This document shows, in pieces, positions 14,956 through 27,391 of a stretch of DNA of 64,000 bases. The position numbers and the translations under genes are program-made. Location of the stretch: contig CT868658.1 of the NCBI GenBank assembly GCA_000165425.1, forward strand, positions 186,001 through 250,000. Direction: 5' to 3'. Positions within the stretch are counted from its first letter, which is position 1, and the number at the start of each line of letters is the position of its first letter. The notes beneath the pieces were generated by a model. The model saw only the letters and a program-made list of their open reading frames with translations, searched no databases and was not told where the DNA came from. The DNA comes from Paramecium tetraurelia (taxonomy: Eukaryota).

Positions 14956-16047
14956 TCATTTTGTTGGAATTTCGCTTTTCTGCTCGTATGGAACCCAAAA
15001 ATCTAAATTTTTAAAGACTTGGCGGAGGAACTTTAAGATATCTTAAGAATTTAGTATTAATTCCCCCACTTATACCAAGTAATATAAATTTTTGAAGTAA
15101 CTATCTTCTAGACTTTTGCAATATTCACGATACTTTGGGAGTATTTTATAGTATTATGGAAGGTAAAGAACAATACCAGGTTCAATTTTCTTAACCTTGA
15201 GTTTGAATTGATCAAGGAAGTCTTAGGCTGAATTGTCTTCTACTTTAACTTCCCTTTAAAGTGTTATTTATCCTTAAATCAATTCTTCATCATCATGTTG
15301 ATGATTCTTTTTATCATTATATTTTTTAATCTTCCTCTTTTTTTTGTGTTCCTCAGCTTTTGGGTCATTCTAAATAAACTTCTCGAGTTCCTCTACAAAG
15401 ATTTTCATCTCTTCTGACTGTTTAAATTTTTACTCTTTGATTTTTTCTAGAAGACATCTCATTTTATGAAAATGAAATGAACTTACTTCTACTAACGGAG
15501 GATGTTGGTTACATAATTTCATCTATGTGGCAATTTACTTAGATTCACTGACAAAGTCCTCACCTTTGAACCATTTCTTCTATTTTATCTTTGTTCCATC
15601 ATCCTTAATTTCCTTGTCAGCGTCTTTCTAAAATTCTGATTACTTATCATTTGATGGAATCTCAAACTTAGTTGGCTCTTTGTAGAAGCTCTAAAAGTCG
15701 AAGTTATTCCTTATTCTTTCTTAGCTTTCTATTAAAAATTTCGATTAGAATTTTATTGATTTTGCATCCAACTCTTTGATTAGAAACTCAACAACCTCTT
15801 GTTGCATTTCCTTAGGTAAATCTACAAGAGATTTCCATACAGATTAATTAGGATATGATTAAAGGGAGGCACAGCGATTGATACATCCTGGTTTAATACT
15901 TACACAAGTTATCAAAGGATGATACGGAAGTTCATTCATGTTAAAAAACTTGCGTAGGCCGTTTAGAATAATCTTCATAAACAATTTTTTGGCTTTCTCT
16001 TCCTATTAAGGCTACTTTTTATATTATTCAGATTGGTGTATTGACAT
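14956..16047 (-). CDS. Hypothetical protein
   Basis: Continuous code-6 frame from ATG 16047 to TGA 14956 with one intron near 15458-15486. No family recognised. Confidence 0.7.
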
Positions 16048-16855
16048 TTATTTGGATTTAATTAAAATTCAATCATTTAATTTTTTGCAGCTTTGTACCT
16101 CATAAATTCTATCATTTTAAACAATCCTCCCTTCCAAATAATAGGTAATTACCAATCTAATTGCCTCAATATGTCGATTGTGAAAAAAGATTATTGTTAA
16201 TTTTTGGTATTTAACCATCATCAACAATAATCCTTAAAAATATACTCAAAATAGACTCAAGTTATGGTAATCAATCTCCTAAAGATATGTAATGCTGATA
16301 TTCTTCCTCTTCCAATGCATTTAGAAATAAAATTGAATGCCATCATTATGTTTTTTGTAATTTATTTAATATACCTTCCAAATTTTAACGTAATATCTAT
16401 GTACTTTGTAATAGATTAACAAATTCTATCCCTTTGCAATATTAGGATTGCTTTTAGTTAAGGATTCTAATAAATTTATAAGGCTTTTAATTTTTGGCAT
16501 TTCGATTATAATTACTTTTAAATAATGATATAAAATCCTTAATTTATTACAAATTTAGTTTATGCTTCTCTTTATCAAAATTGCATTAGTAAATTTTGAA
16601 AATAGTTTTAATATTCAATAATTTATTCATAAATTCTATTAAATCCAGGAACAAAAAACATTTTTATTCGAAAATCTTTCCTTCTCCCCCCTCCTTACAA
16701 AGCCTTTTACATTTTCTATTTGATTTTTAATAATACCAAACATTTTTGCCTTTAACCTATTAATATTACAATTAATAGTAATTCTATTAAAATTTACACT
16801 ATATTTCTAAGTTTTAGATTTTGAAAGAAGAATTTGCATTTCTATTTCCAATCGT

Positions 16856-17800
16856 ATGAATTCGAGGTAGAATAGGAACAAGAAGATGTTATGATAATAA
16901 TTTTTTTATTAAAATGAATTTTTTCTATCATGTAATTTTGATAATTATCAAGAACCTTTGGATTTCTATTAATTTTATGGCAAATTCATCAAATCGCAAA
17001 CATCTTCTAAAATAAATATAAGTTTTTATTACATAACTCTTTTCCTATGTTAATGAACCCAAAAAAGAAGAAAATAGATTATGTTGCCAATTTTAAGTGA
17101 ATGATCATAGCAATTATTTTATGATGAACCTAAGAGATTTGATAATTTATAAGGATCTCAAATGAATAAATTGGTGTAATCTTCACCGATACTTTCAAAA
17201 ACATTTTCAATTCACAGTAAACTCATAGTAATAGTCAGGAAATTAACACTCAAGAATCAGTGTCTCATACAAAATTCTAGTGATGTAAGTACAAATTGTA
17301 AAGGATCTTAATGCATTCAGCAAGACTTATATAGGTTATTTAGAATCTCTGAGTTTATAAATGAATTTTAAAAAACTTAGGTTAAGTAAGTTCTATGAAA
17401 CCAAGAGAAGTGTGTATTTCCAGCGATCATACATAAAACCATCTGCTATGATAATTTGAATATGATGGAATACTTTATAATCATACATAACTTTACCATT
17501 GATATCTAAATTAATATGATACAGTCTTTAAAGTGATCTAATAGGTCAAGGAACACCTTTTTCAAGTTAAACCATCCTTTTGATTGAACAAAAATTAGAA
17601 AGTCACTCTCTCAATTAATCCTTTGATATAAAATATGTATTTGATATATAATTCATTAATTACTATGGCTTATTTTGTGCAATAAATTTCTAAGCTATCA
17701 AAAATTAATAATAAGCATACTAAAATATTATTGGAGAAAATCATTATATTGAAACATAAAAAGTGTTGCGAAAGATGCAATAGAATAATATTTATTGAAA
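16856..17800 (+). pseudogene. Probable decayed gene
   Basis: Coding-like composition, but the best frames are interrupted by several TGA codons and frame changes that GT..AG mini-introns do not explain. Confidence 0.3.
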
Positions 17801-17962
17801 ATATGTACTTCTAAAATTTTGATAATAAAAGAATAGATTATTTAGTCTAAAAAAGAAGATTAAGTTTTCTAACCCTCATACAACAAAATTGGAGAATTGA
17901 AAAATTAATTTAAAGTAGATGTTGTAATAATTGATAAATGAAATGTTAAATTAGAATTAATA

Positions 17963-19102
17963 TCATTTTCTCATTACATTTGTTCTTAATGTTCCATTAT
18001 TTAAAATAGAAGAAGACATATTTTTAAACACTGAAGGTTACTCATATGTGCCAGGTCCTGGAGTTTTGTCATTTTTGGTGAAATCATACTTATTACCGTA
18101 TCCAAGTGTAATCCTATTAAATCTTGAAGGCTCAATGATCGATGATTTGACCTCGTAAGTGTTGGAGGCAGGAACTTTTTCTTAAAAGGTAGCTAATGGC
18201 TTAATTCTGGCACCGATGGTACAGGAGGGCTATAATTATTGAATCCATTTTCAAATTTACTTTATTTGAACCAATCATCTAGGTAACCTCATAGGAATTG
18301 GGACTAGGTACTTGAACAGTCTGTGACATTTTGAATCTATCACTTTGGGACCAATTAGTTTTTCGATATTTAGAGGGCTATTTGGTTTCTTCTTTGAAAT
18401 ATGCATCAGGAGGTGGATTTTATTCAGCATTCCTTTGAACATACAAAGGAGAAATGAATTTGTTGCCATAACCGAAGCCTGTTGATCTGGCTGCAGATCC
18501 AACAGTATCAGGAATACTGTAATTGAACTCAGTTCTGAGAGTTAAGTTTTTATCAAATCTAAAATAATGACAATACTGACCTCTGAGCTTTGGAGAAGGA
18601 CACTTCAGGTATGCTGTGTCTGAGTGAAGAAGCAGATTAATACATCGAAGTTCCTTTACCTTATTCAACTAATTTGTGTCTCAATTGGGATAGCTAAATA
18701 GTAGATAGGGTAGATCCATTCATAGCTGAATTGCCTGTTACTCCTTGAGTGTTTGCATTACCATTTCTAACTTTGAATGACAATGCAAAGACATCTCCCG
18801 GTTGGATAGGTTCTTAAGTAAGTTACCCATTTTAAAGTAGCAATTTATATGTTGATTACATTTCAAGATTGTCGGGAAGGAGTTCAGCATTGTAATCATT
18901 TACTTTGATTGTTATTGGTTAATTGCCTTCAATTACTGGAACCAAAATATTAATTGGTGATCGATCTAAAAGCTATTCTGGTATTAAAACCTGCTTTAGT
19001 GACGAGGTTGAAGAGAATGTCATCTTATTGTTTCAATTCAACTTTGACTGGTGAGTTGTCTTTAAGCAGAAATAACCTCATGTCTTATAATCGAATGCTC
19101 AT
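17963..19102 (-). CDS. STPG/SHIPPO (ODF3-like) repeat ciliary protein
   Basis: Repeats NPPPDAY, VPSPNSYE, VPASNTYE and TPGPGTYE, with GFGYGNK and TLGYGNK spacers. Three mini-introns. Confidence 0.8.
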
Positions 19103-19121
19103 TATGTATTATTAATAATTA

Positions 19122-20696
19122 TCATAAATTCCACGATTTCTTTAATATAGCCTCAAAAGTTTCATCCTGTTGCACAGAAGATGACACATCCTAAACAATA
19201 AGCACAAGAGACATACTTAATAAAACTCTCCAAACTCTTAAAATGAAATCACTCTATCAGGATTTGCTTTATTCCAATGGGATACAAAGTCTTAGAACAC
19301 TTGCCTTTCAGTTTTATATCCTTTCAAGACATCTGGGTGTTCCTTTACATTAATCAATCGGCCCATAGTCTCTAATGTGACTTTGCCTGCCTTCTACTCA
19401 ATCGATGCATAGGCTCTTTATACATAATACAGTCTTTTATCACTCATTTATAACTAATTAGATTTTAGAAATACTCTAAAGGCATCCAAAAACTCAGTGA
19501 ATTCAATTTTGCCATTACCATTTTTATCAAATGTTTGGAAGATCATTTTAGTCTCATCTTCTGATAGAGTCAATCCAAAATTCCTCAATCCCCACTTGAA
19601 ATCATTGTACTCTACGACTCCATCTAAAATAATATATCATATAATCTAACTATTATTTTAATCCATTTCCAAAAATATTTTAGCCAATCCTCTCAATCCA
19701 TAAGCTCCTTTGCCTGTAATTTATTATTTGACTCTTATCATTAAATTCTTCACATTCCTATTGTCATCCATCACAGATTCATCAAATTGTTCACTTTGAT
19801 TTCTAGCAACCTAAAATTTCCACAAGTTTTATGGCCTATTAAAATAACATATTCTGCTACTCTTGATTTCTTAATGGAATATCAATTGTGGTTCTCCCTT
19901 CCTTCTCAGCTATTAAGTTTTATGTTTTATTTAAGCATTAATAAGAATGCACAAAGACCTCTCTTTCTCTTCCAAAATCATTTTAGTAAACTATATCATC
20001 ACTGGCTAACCAATGCTAAGTAAAAGAATGTTTAATTAACACAGTGTCATCTGATCTTACAGGTTGTCCTTCCATCTCAAATCTTATTTTTGGATCGGCA
20101 TGTTCCAATTTCCAAACTGTATTGAATACATCACTCTCAATTGCACAAACCTCCTGTTTTCTAGATATCTTAGCACATCTGGTTGGTGTCTAAGGAAGTG
20201 AATGAAGATAGAATGTTTTATTATTAGATATTCTAGGATTGGCCACAATTCTGAAATGCTATCCGTAGTGTAATACATCATCTCCATAGTAATTTGGTTC
20301 TTTAGTGTAGGGAATTATAACAAACACTGATCTCACTGTTGGTTGTGTGGTTTATGCAGTGGTTATATTGTATGCCTCTTCTCCTATTTTCAATCTCTCT
20401 TAGATATCTATTGACAAAAACCCAAGAGTCTTCAAATTTTAAAGCATCAAATGAAACCCAAAATGGATGTAATTGTCTTAAGGAAATGATAGAGATGCTA
20501 ATCTTAAACTGAAATTTGTCTTTGTGTCTTTCACTATGCTTGCCAGTTATCCATTTGATCTATTTTTTAAGTAGTCCTTCTTCCTATATAATTTATGCAC
20601 ATATTATCACTTTGTTTCATCCAATTCCCATTCTTCAAACCAATTACCAATGCGGGTCTGGAACTTATATTTATGATCAACGTTGTAATTGTGCAT
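19122..20696 (-). CDS. CFAP161-like N-terminal domain fused to calcyphosin-like EF-hand domain
   Basis: KYKFQTRIGNWFEEWELDE, LHYGQHFRI and RFEMEGQPV...IKHSFTQHWL are CFAP161-like. GAYGLRGLAKIF, DKNGNGKIEFTEF, HPDVLKG and DVSSSVQQDETFEAILKKSWNL are calcyphosin-like. Confidence 0.75.
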
Positions 20697-21458
20697 TAAT
20701 TATTAATTTTTTATATTTCGATGAATACTTTTAAAATATTCCCATGAATATCATTATCACACTCACTTTGATATATTATTCCTATTTTAAAAAGAAATTT
20801 CAATTTTCAGAATACAACTCCTTATAGATTGCTTAATACAGTAATTATTCTCATTTGATAAACCTGAAATTCTGTTAATAATTCCTTTGAAATAATTAAA
20901 TCAATTAATGAAACTAATAAATACCCTTTGAAGGGATACTAATAGTTTTCATAAAAGGCTTAAAATTGTAATTAATAAACGAAGAACCATCCGTATCTTG
21001 AGTGCAATAAAGTGGTTATTAAAATATAGTTGCTCGCTATGATATATTTTAGTAATAGAGACTCTTATTAAACTAGATCAAAACAATTCGAAAATAAAAA
21101 TTTCATTAAATTATGTAAAACTCATATATATTGAGTAAACATAAAGTAAAATAAGTATACATATTATAAATATTTGACTATATCAAACAGACTTAATAAA
21201 ATCTTTATGGTTTTTTTTGATAAATGCAAGTATCTAATTTATAAAAATACCCAAGCTTAATTTCCTTGTAGATCAGTTGAAATATAGAAGGAGATTAGAA
21301 AAAAGTATTAACGGTCAAAGATATATGAAAGAGTTGGTAGATCTTATAAAGAAATAAAATTAGATTTGATCTAAATACTTATTATATGATTCACTTCTTA
21401 TTTTGATATCTGGTACGGATAAAAATCACATGAAAATAAATAAGTTAATTTAATATCA

Positions 21459-22679
21459 ATGTATTTTGAATAAGAATGTAGAAAATTTTTGAGACCACTT
21501 AGATTAGAATATCAAATGTTTGACATGGGTAGGAATCAAGAATATTTAAGGTCCTGAAAGACTCTCTCTTGCAAATGGAACCTTGTTCAAACATGAAATT
21601 AGTGTAATAAATTGTTAGGGTCACCAATTGAAATGCTCCTTTTTTGAGATAAACCCATAAAGTGATTGCTGTATAATTTATTGCCATGGTTTTAACGGCT
21701 GCCAAGTAGAAGGAGTGAAATATGCTCATGTTGCTGCTCAATATAATCTCAATTTTTGCACTTTTGATTTTCAAGGGTGTGGTCAAAGTCAAGGGGATTT
21801 GATTACTTTTGGGTAACATAACCTATTTAAATAGTTATTTAGAATAGAATGATATCACATGCATTATTTTAGATATCAAAAAAAGATTCTAATAAAACTA
21901 ATTTATTTTATGGGGGAGATCATTGGGAGCGACTACTATCTAGTTAAAGAAACAACCATATGTCATTGGTTACGTGCTGGATTCATGTTTTACTGACTTG
22001 AACAAGGCATGTGTGAGTATGATTTAGAAGTCCACTTCTTTACCAAAGTTGATAATTAAAAGTGCATTATATCTACTTAAAGGTACATATATATTTCAAT
22101 ATCCCAGGGAAAATTGAATCATAAGGCAATTTCAAATTTGAAGACATCAAAATTTAAAGGGCTGACTCTAGTGTCCCAACTCTCTTTATTTGTAGTGATT
22201 AAGATACATTAATCAAATCCAAAAATACTATTGGCTTATTCTAGTAACATAATGGTTTGCGAGACCTCATAAAGATATAAGGAGAACACAATGATTCCAG
22301 GTCCCTTTAGTTGATTAACTAAATATGTTGTTGGTGTAAAGAGAGATTTCAATTTAACTTTTAATAATCCTGTCAGGAATCATCACCTGGAGAAATTCGA
22401 AAAAAATATTAGCACCTTGCAGGAAGAAGCAGTCTAGTACATACTCCTTCGGATATTATAAGCAAATATGAATAAAGCAGATAATATGTTAATCATTGTC
22501 AAAACCAATCTACATCAGTGCTCAAATACAATAATCAATATGTCATCCAAACAAAAAAACTATACTATTAAGAATATCCTTAAAAAATTGTTGGTTAATA
22601 ATTCAAAATCTTATAATAAAGGATGAGTTCGGAAATAGGGAACAGCATCAATTTTATTCACAAACCAATATTTGATTGA
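21459..22679 (+). CDS. Alpha/beta hydrolase (YqkD/ABHD-like)
   Basis: IYCHGFNG, FDFQGCGQSQG, nucleophile WGRSLGA, LDSCF, catalytic D (SDQD) and H (GEHND). Three introns. Confidence 0.9.
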
Positions 22680-22705
22680 ATTAATTAATGATAATATATG
22701 TTTAT

Positions 22706-22921
22706 TCAGAGTTTTGGTTTCTCTATTATTGGAAGTCTTGATAAATGTTACAACACAGCATGATTTGAGAGATGTCCAGCTTCAAAAAAACTATCTGTGC
22801 CATCTTTTCCGTTTAATTTTTCTAATATTTCCTTCCCTCCTGGATGCATTTCTGAGAATTCTGTTAAATCATACCATTTTCCAAATAGCTAAACAATTAT
22901 CTTTTGCTGTTAATTATTCAT
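22706..22921 (-). CDS. Minimal cytochrome b5 heme-binding protein (71 aa)
   Basis: MNNQQQKIIVQLFGKWYDLTEFSEMHPGGKEILEKLNGKDGTDSFFEAGHLSNHAVLQHLSRLPIIEKPKL. Both heme-ligand His (HPGG, GH) are present. Intronless. Confidence 0.9.
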
Positions 22922-23299
22922 AAAATTAAATAATTATAATAAGATTTTAGAATAAAGAATTTTAATTATCAAGATCGAATGCATAATTAATTATTTTGAT
23001 TATTGAACAATTTATAGAATTGATAAAATTTCATTATTACATTTCTAGTGTTATTTTATTCTTATAATTATCAATAAATATTTTTATGAATAAACTATTC
23101 AGAATAGTTTGTAAAGTTAGGTTTCGATTCAAAATATAAAATAATCACCTATATCAAAATAAATTAATATAAATACAAACTTTGAAAAGAGTTCTCTCTT
23201 AATTAAACAAAATTAAGAAAATTGTTCTTATTATATATTATCTTAATTTTAATTATTTAATTGAAAATAAATTCTAGTAAATTAATAGATGTTATAACA

Positions 23300-24090
23300 C
23301 AAAAATCCTGTAAACAATACATTTGATATTGCACTGTTAAATTTAAGAAAATAATTTATTTATAGGTGATGATGAAAGCTTTGTCACTTTATTTAGTGCT
23401 CGCATTGCTTTTTCAACCCCAAATAACGGTATCAACCAGTTAGGGGGTTATTCAATACCATTTCTCTTGGCGTTGGTCGCGTTGATACGGTTGAATATAT
23501 AAATGTTAAGATTCTTCTATCTTTAAGATTTTCTTACAGATCTTATCACCCAAATCATTGTTTTTGCCAATTTATTATTATTTTGAAATCAAGTTTAAAG
23601 TAACTAAATTAAATAAGAAATTTCACCTGTCTCTTGCTTAAATTTAGCAGCTTCCTTCGCTTATGTAACTTGAATCAAATCTTATGCAACGATATCATTT
23701 AATTTTTATTCATTTGTACAACATTCTCTACAACAAGGATATCGTATTGCTCCATTCTAAGAATCGCTTAATAACCGTTGTTCACTCTCTTAACATTTAA
23801 AATGCAAATTTTAACTTTTAAGTTGTTTATCACTTAAATGTCTTTCCTTTCTAGTCCTCCTAATAAAATAAAATTGAGTCGTGCTTATACTTTGATATCA
23901 CAATTTCTTATATTACTTAAATATTTATATTTGTATATTCTAGAGAATCTTCAAACAATTATGATAATAATCGTTTTTCTGCAACAATACCAATCTCTTC
24001 TACATCTTCTTCATATGAATTTTTAAAGGATTAAATGGATGTTAATGAAGAGGGTTCAGATAATTTTTAAGGGTAATCAAATGATGACAT
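23300..24090 (-). pseudogene. Hypothetical gene or pseudogene with unresolved 3' structure
   Basis: ATG at 24090 (MSSFDYPQKLSEP...) stays open through one intron to PCCRECC. Past the second putative intron (~23604-23626) the frame hits TGA, while a different frame stays open downstream. Confidence 0.35.
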
Positions 24091-24156
24091 ACTTAATTGA
24101 GATATTGAAATGGAATATTTTATTTTAATTATTAGAGGCATATATATATTTAAAAT

Positions 24157-26389
24157 TCAAGTAGTGAAGATTAGCTAAATAGTGTCAAAATCAAAATCCT
24201 CTCCCATAATATCCGCCTTATCTACGTATAAATCATTTGGCAATTCAAATTAAACTTTTGTTTAGTGTTGTGATTAAGAACGAGAAATTGTTATTTATTT
24301 ATTATAACCTCCCAATAATTTAATCAACTTTTGTGATGCTGCTAAGCCTAACTTACAATCATCAAGTCTTCTTGGATTGATATTCTCCTCATTCAAACCA
24401 CATCCATAATCAATGACCTCAAAACGAATATTTTATTCATAATTATTTAGGTTTATTTAAACCAATCTTTAAGTTTTTTAATTTATCTAATCGAATTCAT
24501 AAGATTTTATTGAGTTGTAAATGATATTAAACAATAATTATTTCAATCGTCTAATTAAATTATATATATATAAATATACCTTAAGTCTGATGTTATATAT
24601 TTATTTTATAAGTCCCCCTGTATGGAAAATCTGATCTTTTTTGTAATAACTATCTCATCATATTGAAACTAGTTAATTAACAAGGAAATGGTTTGCGTTA
24701 TATCGACCCTCTTTTTTTCAAATTCAATAATATCATTTACAGAGAACACTTCAAAATAATTAAAATGGTTCTGAATTATCCTCAAAAATTGAAATTATAA
24801 TTAATTGATGAATTAGGTTATTTAAAATTTCTTTTGTCCTTTCTCAGAAAAGTCCGATAAAGCATCATCCACACTATCTTTATATGAACATATGCTATTT
24901 GTTCTTTTAATTAACTGGGTGTTTTAATTGCTCCTTTAAATTTCGTTAATGGCATTCTATTACAAAACTATCTTTCTGTGCAATCTCTAGATTACGTCTG
25001 CTTGCTATTACAAAAATTTAATTGTTGAATTTATTTTTTAAATATTCTTCAGGTTTGATTTGATTTGTTTAACTTACTTCTCCAAGTCCCGAATGAGAAC
25101 AGCTATCACTTGATGTTAAACACCATCTACTTCCTTCAATTAATATAAAAAATACTTCGAGAAAAAAACTTATTTAAATGTAAAAATTGTAATTGTATTT
25201 CTTCCCGTTATATTGTCCATACGCAATTCTTCTATTCCTCAAATTTGATACCTCAAGGGAACCCTAAATTAATTATATAGCAGACAACCCAGATATGGAT
25301 TTCTCTATAAAAGCATCCAACATCACAATTGATTGTTAACAAATTGGTGAACTAACAACTAAGTTTTCCTCAAATCTCCTTTATTAATTAACATCTTAAA
25401 AGTTTGAAGAAGTAGCATTAGCTTTAATCCAATCAAAAAGGCTATCCTGTTTTTTATCCAGATAATTTGATTCGTATAACTTAACATTTAGATCACTACT
25501 CACTTTCATGTCTTTAAATAGATTAATCAATTGGCTTTTGTTATCCTGTAGAAATTTCTACATAGAATAATTATTTTATGCTTGATTTATATTGTTTTCT
25601 AAATCATCCACGTTGAAATAGAATTTACTGATGTAATCTTCACTCTATTCTATAAAATTCTGCCAGATCACATTCTAAGTAGGAGCTTATAGATCAACTT
25701 AATTCTGTATTAGATGCATTGATGCTTCCTGCCTACTTAATGATCCAACCTCTTAGATTTATATGACTGATTTTGAATTCTCTTAAATTTTACAAGAAAA
25801 TTTGTTCAAAGACCCATTTAAGTGAGCGTTACTCTAAAGAAACAACTCATCTTTGTTCAGCTCCAATAGTTTAACATTTTAACGATAATTTTGGTACTAG
25901 ATAAAGAGCATTAAGACTATTAGTAAAATACTCTAAACCAATTACTCAGAAAAATAATAAATTAAAACACCAATTAGAAATCCAAATTATACAAATGCTT
26001 TTACTAATTCTGCTACCTAGTTTATAAACCTGCGAGGGGTCATACTCACATATAATCCATTGCTAAAACCCAGAATATAAAACCAATAAGCTGTCTGATC
26101 TTTATTGACATTTTTTATAAATACAATCCTAACCAAAGCCAGAGACCAAAAGAAAATTGGTGAATAATCTATATGATAAATCAAAATTAATACCTTACTA
26201 AATTCCAAACACTTTCTTCTTTTGTATCATTTTAGATATTCCTGCTAGGCCTAATAAACCCAAACTAAAATATTATAATACGTCCAAATATTATTGTAAA
26301 TAAACTTCTAATCCAATTGAAAGTAGAGATATGATGTAATCTAAAGATTAATCTATTCGATTAAAAAAAGAGCTTGCATCTCTTATCAT
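24157..26389 (-). CDS. Multi-pass membrane protein with histidine-kinase-like HATPase_c domain, no canonical H-box
   Basis: Hydrophobic N-terminus. TSDLRRLKQLLFNIIYNSIK (N box), FEVIDYGCGL (G1), KLGLAASQKLIKLLGG (G2-like). No receiver domain. Confidence 0.75.
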
Positions 26390-26985
26390 TAAATTAAATA
26401 ATTATAAATTTATTAGAAAATTATAAAGTTCTTAGCAATTTATTTCTATCTTTTTAAACCTATTAATTTGAATGTCATTTTATGATTAAATATCTTTCCA
26501 TTTTTATTATCATTTAAAATTAAATAAAGAAAATTTTATAATAAGAATTCCCTCAGTGTATTTTATTATTTATCATAAATAAGTAATTATGAATTTATAT
26601 TTGATATCAGACTTCTCAAAAAGAATAAACAAATTTATTCTCTTATAAAATAACTTTGTAGGAGATGGGACTGTTTGACACTTTTTTAACATAATAATTT
26701 AAGCTGTTTAAAAGAATTTAGGTAGATTTTATCAATTAATTATATTGAATTAATTTATAACACAATATTAATTAATATATGTATGTCATCGCATATTTTT
26801 GATAATCAAACGTATAAAATATTTCTATGTATTGATTAAATTGTCATTCTTTTAGAGTAAAATACTTTAAGAATTATATCAAAGAAAATAGCAATAATAG
26901 TATCAGTATTTTTCTTATTTTGCAAAGAAGATTCAGTTTAATATAATTGTTTTCATTATTGAATGTATTATAAATACAGAAATTC

Positions 26986-27359
26986 TCATTAAATTTACTT
27001 CTTTCTAATCATATATTATCCTTCATCGTTTTTCTTTATTTCAAAATTCACTAAATCTTACTAAGTTTTCCTTTGGAATAATTGAACAATGTCTAATAAA
27101 TCATCTTCACTTTTAATTTTTGATTTAACTTTTGGAAAATTCAATAATAATTTAAATAGCATAACTATAAATTAAATTAACAAATACATTTTTCCGGATT
27201 TTAAGCTGAGTGTTATAAGATAAAATCATCTTTTGAATAGTTCTTATCGCTATAATAATAATTAATTTATTAGCCAATGGCAAATGGATCTATAACTTCC
27301 TTTTATTATTATGAAGTATTATTAATATTAGTATCAGATTAATCTTTTTATTATTATTA

Positions 27360-27391
<32 letters not shown>

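Noticed and set aside
23413..23421. CAACCCCAA, identical to the Tetrahymena telomerase RNA template
   Set aside because: The conserved UGUCA is not 2 nt upstream (the nearest is ~27 nt away), and a T5 run that would terminate Pol III directly precedes it. It is a single unit, so it is not a telomere tract either.
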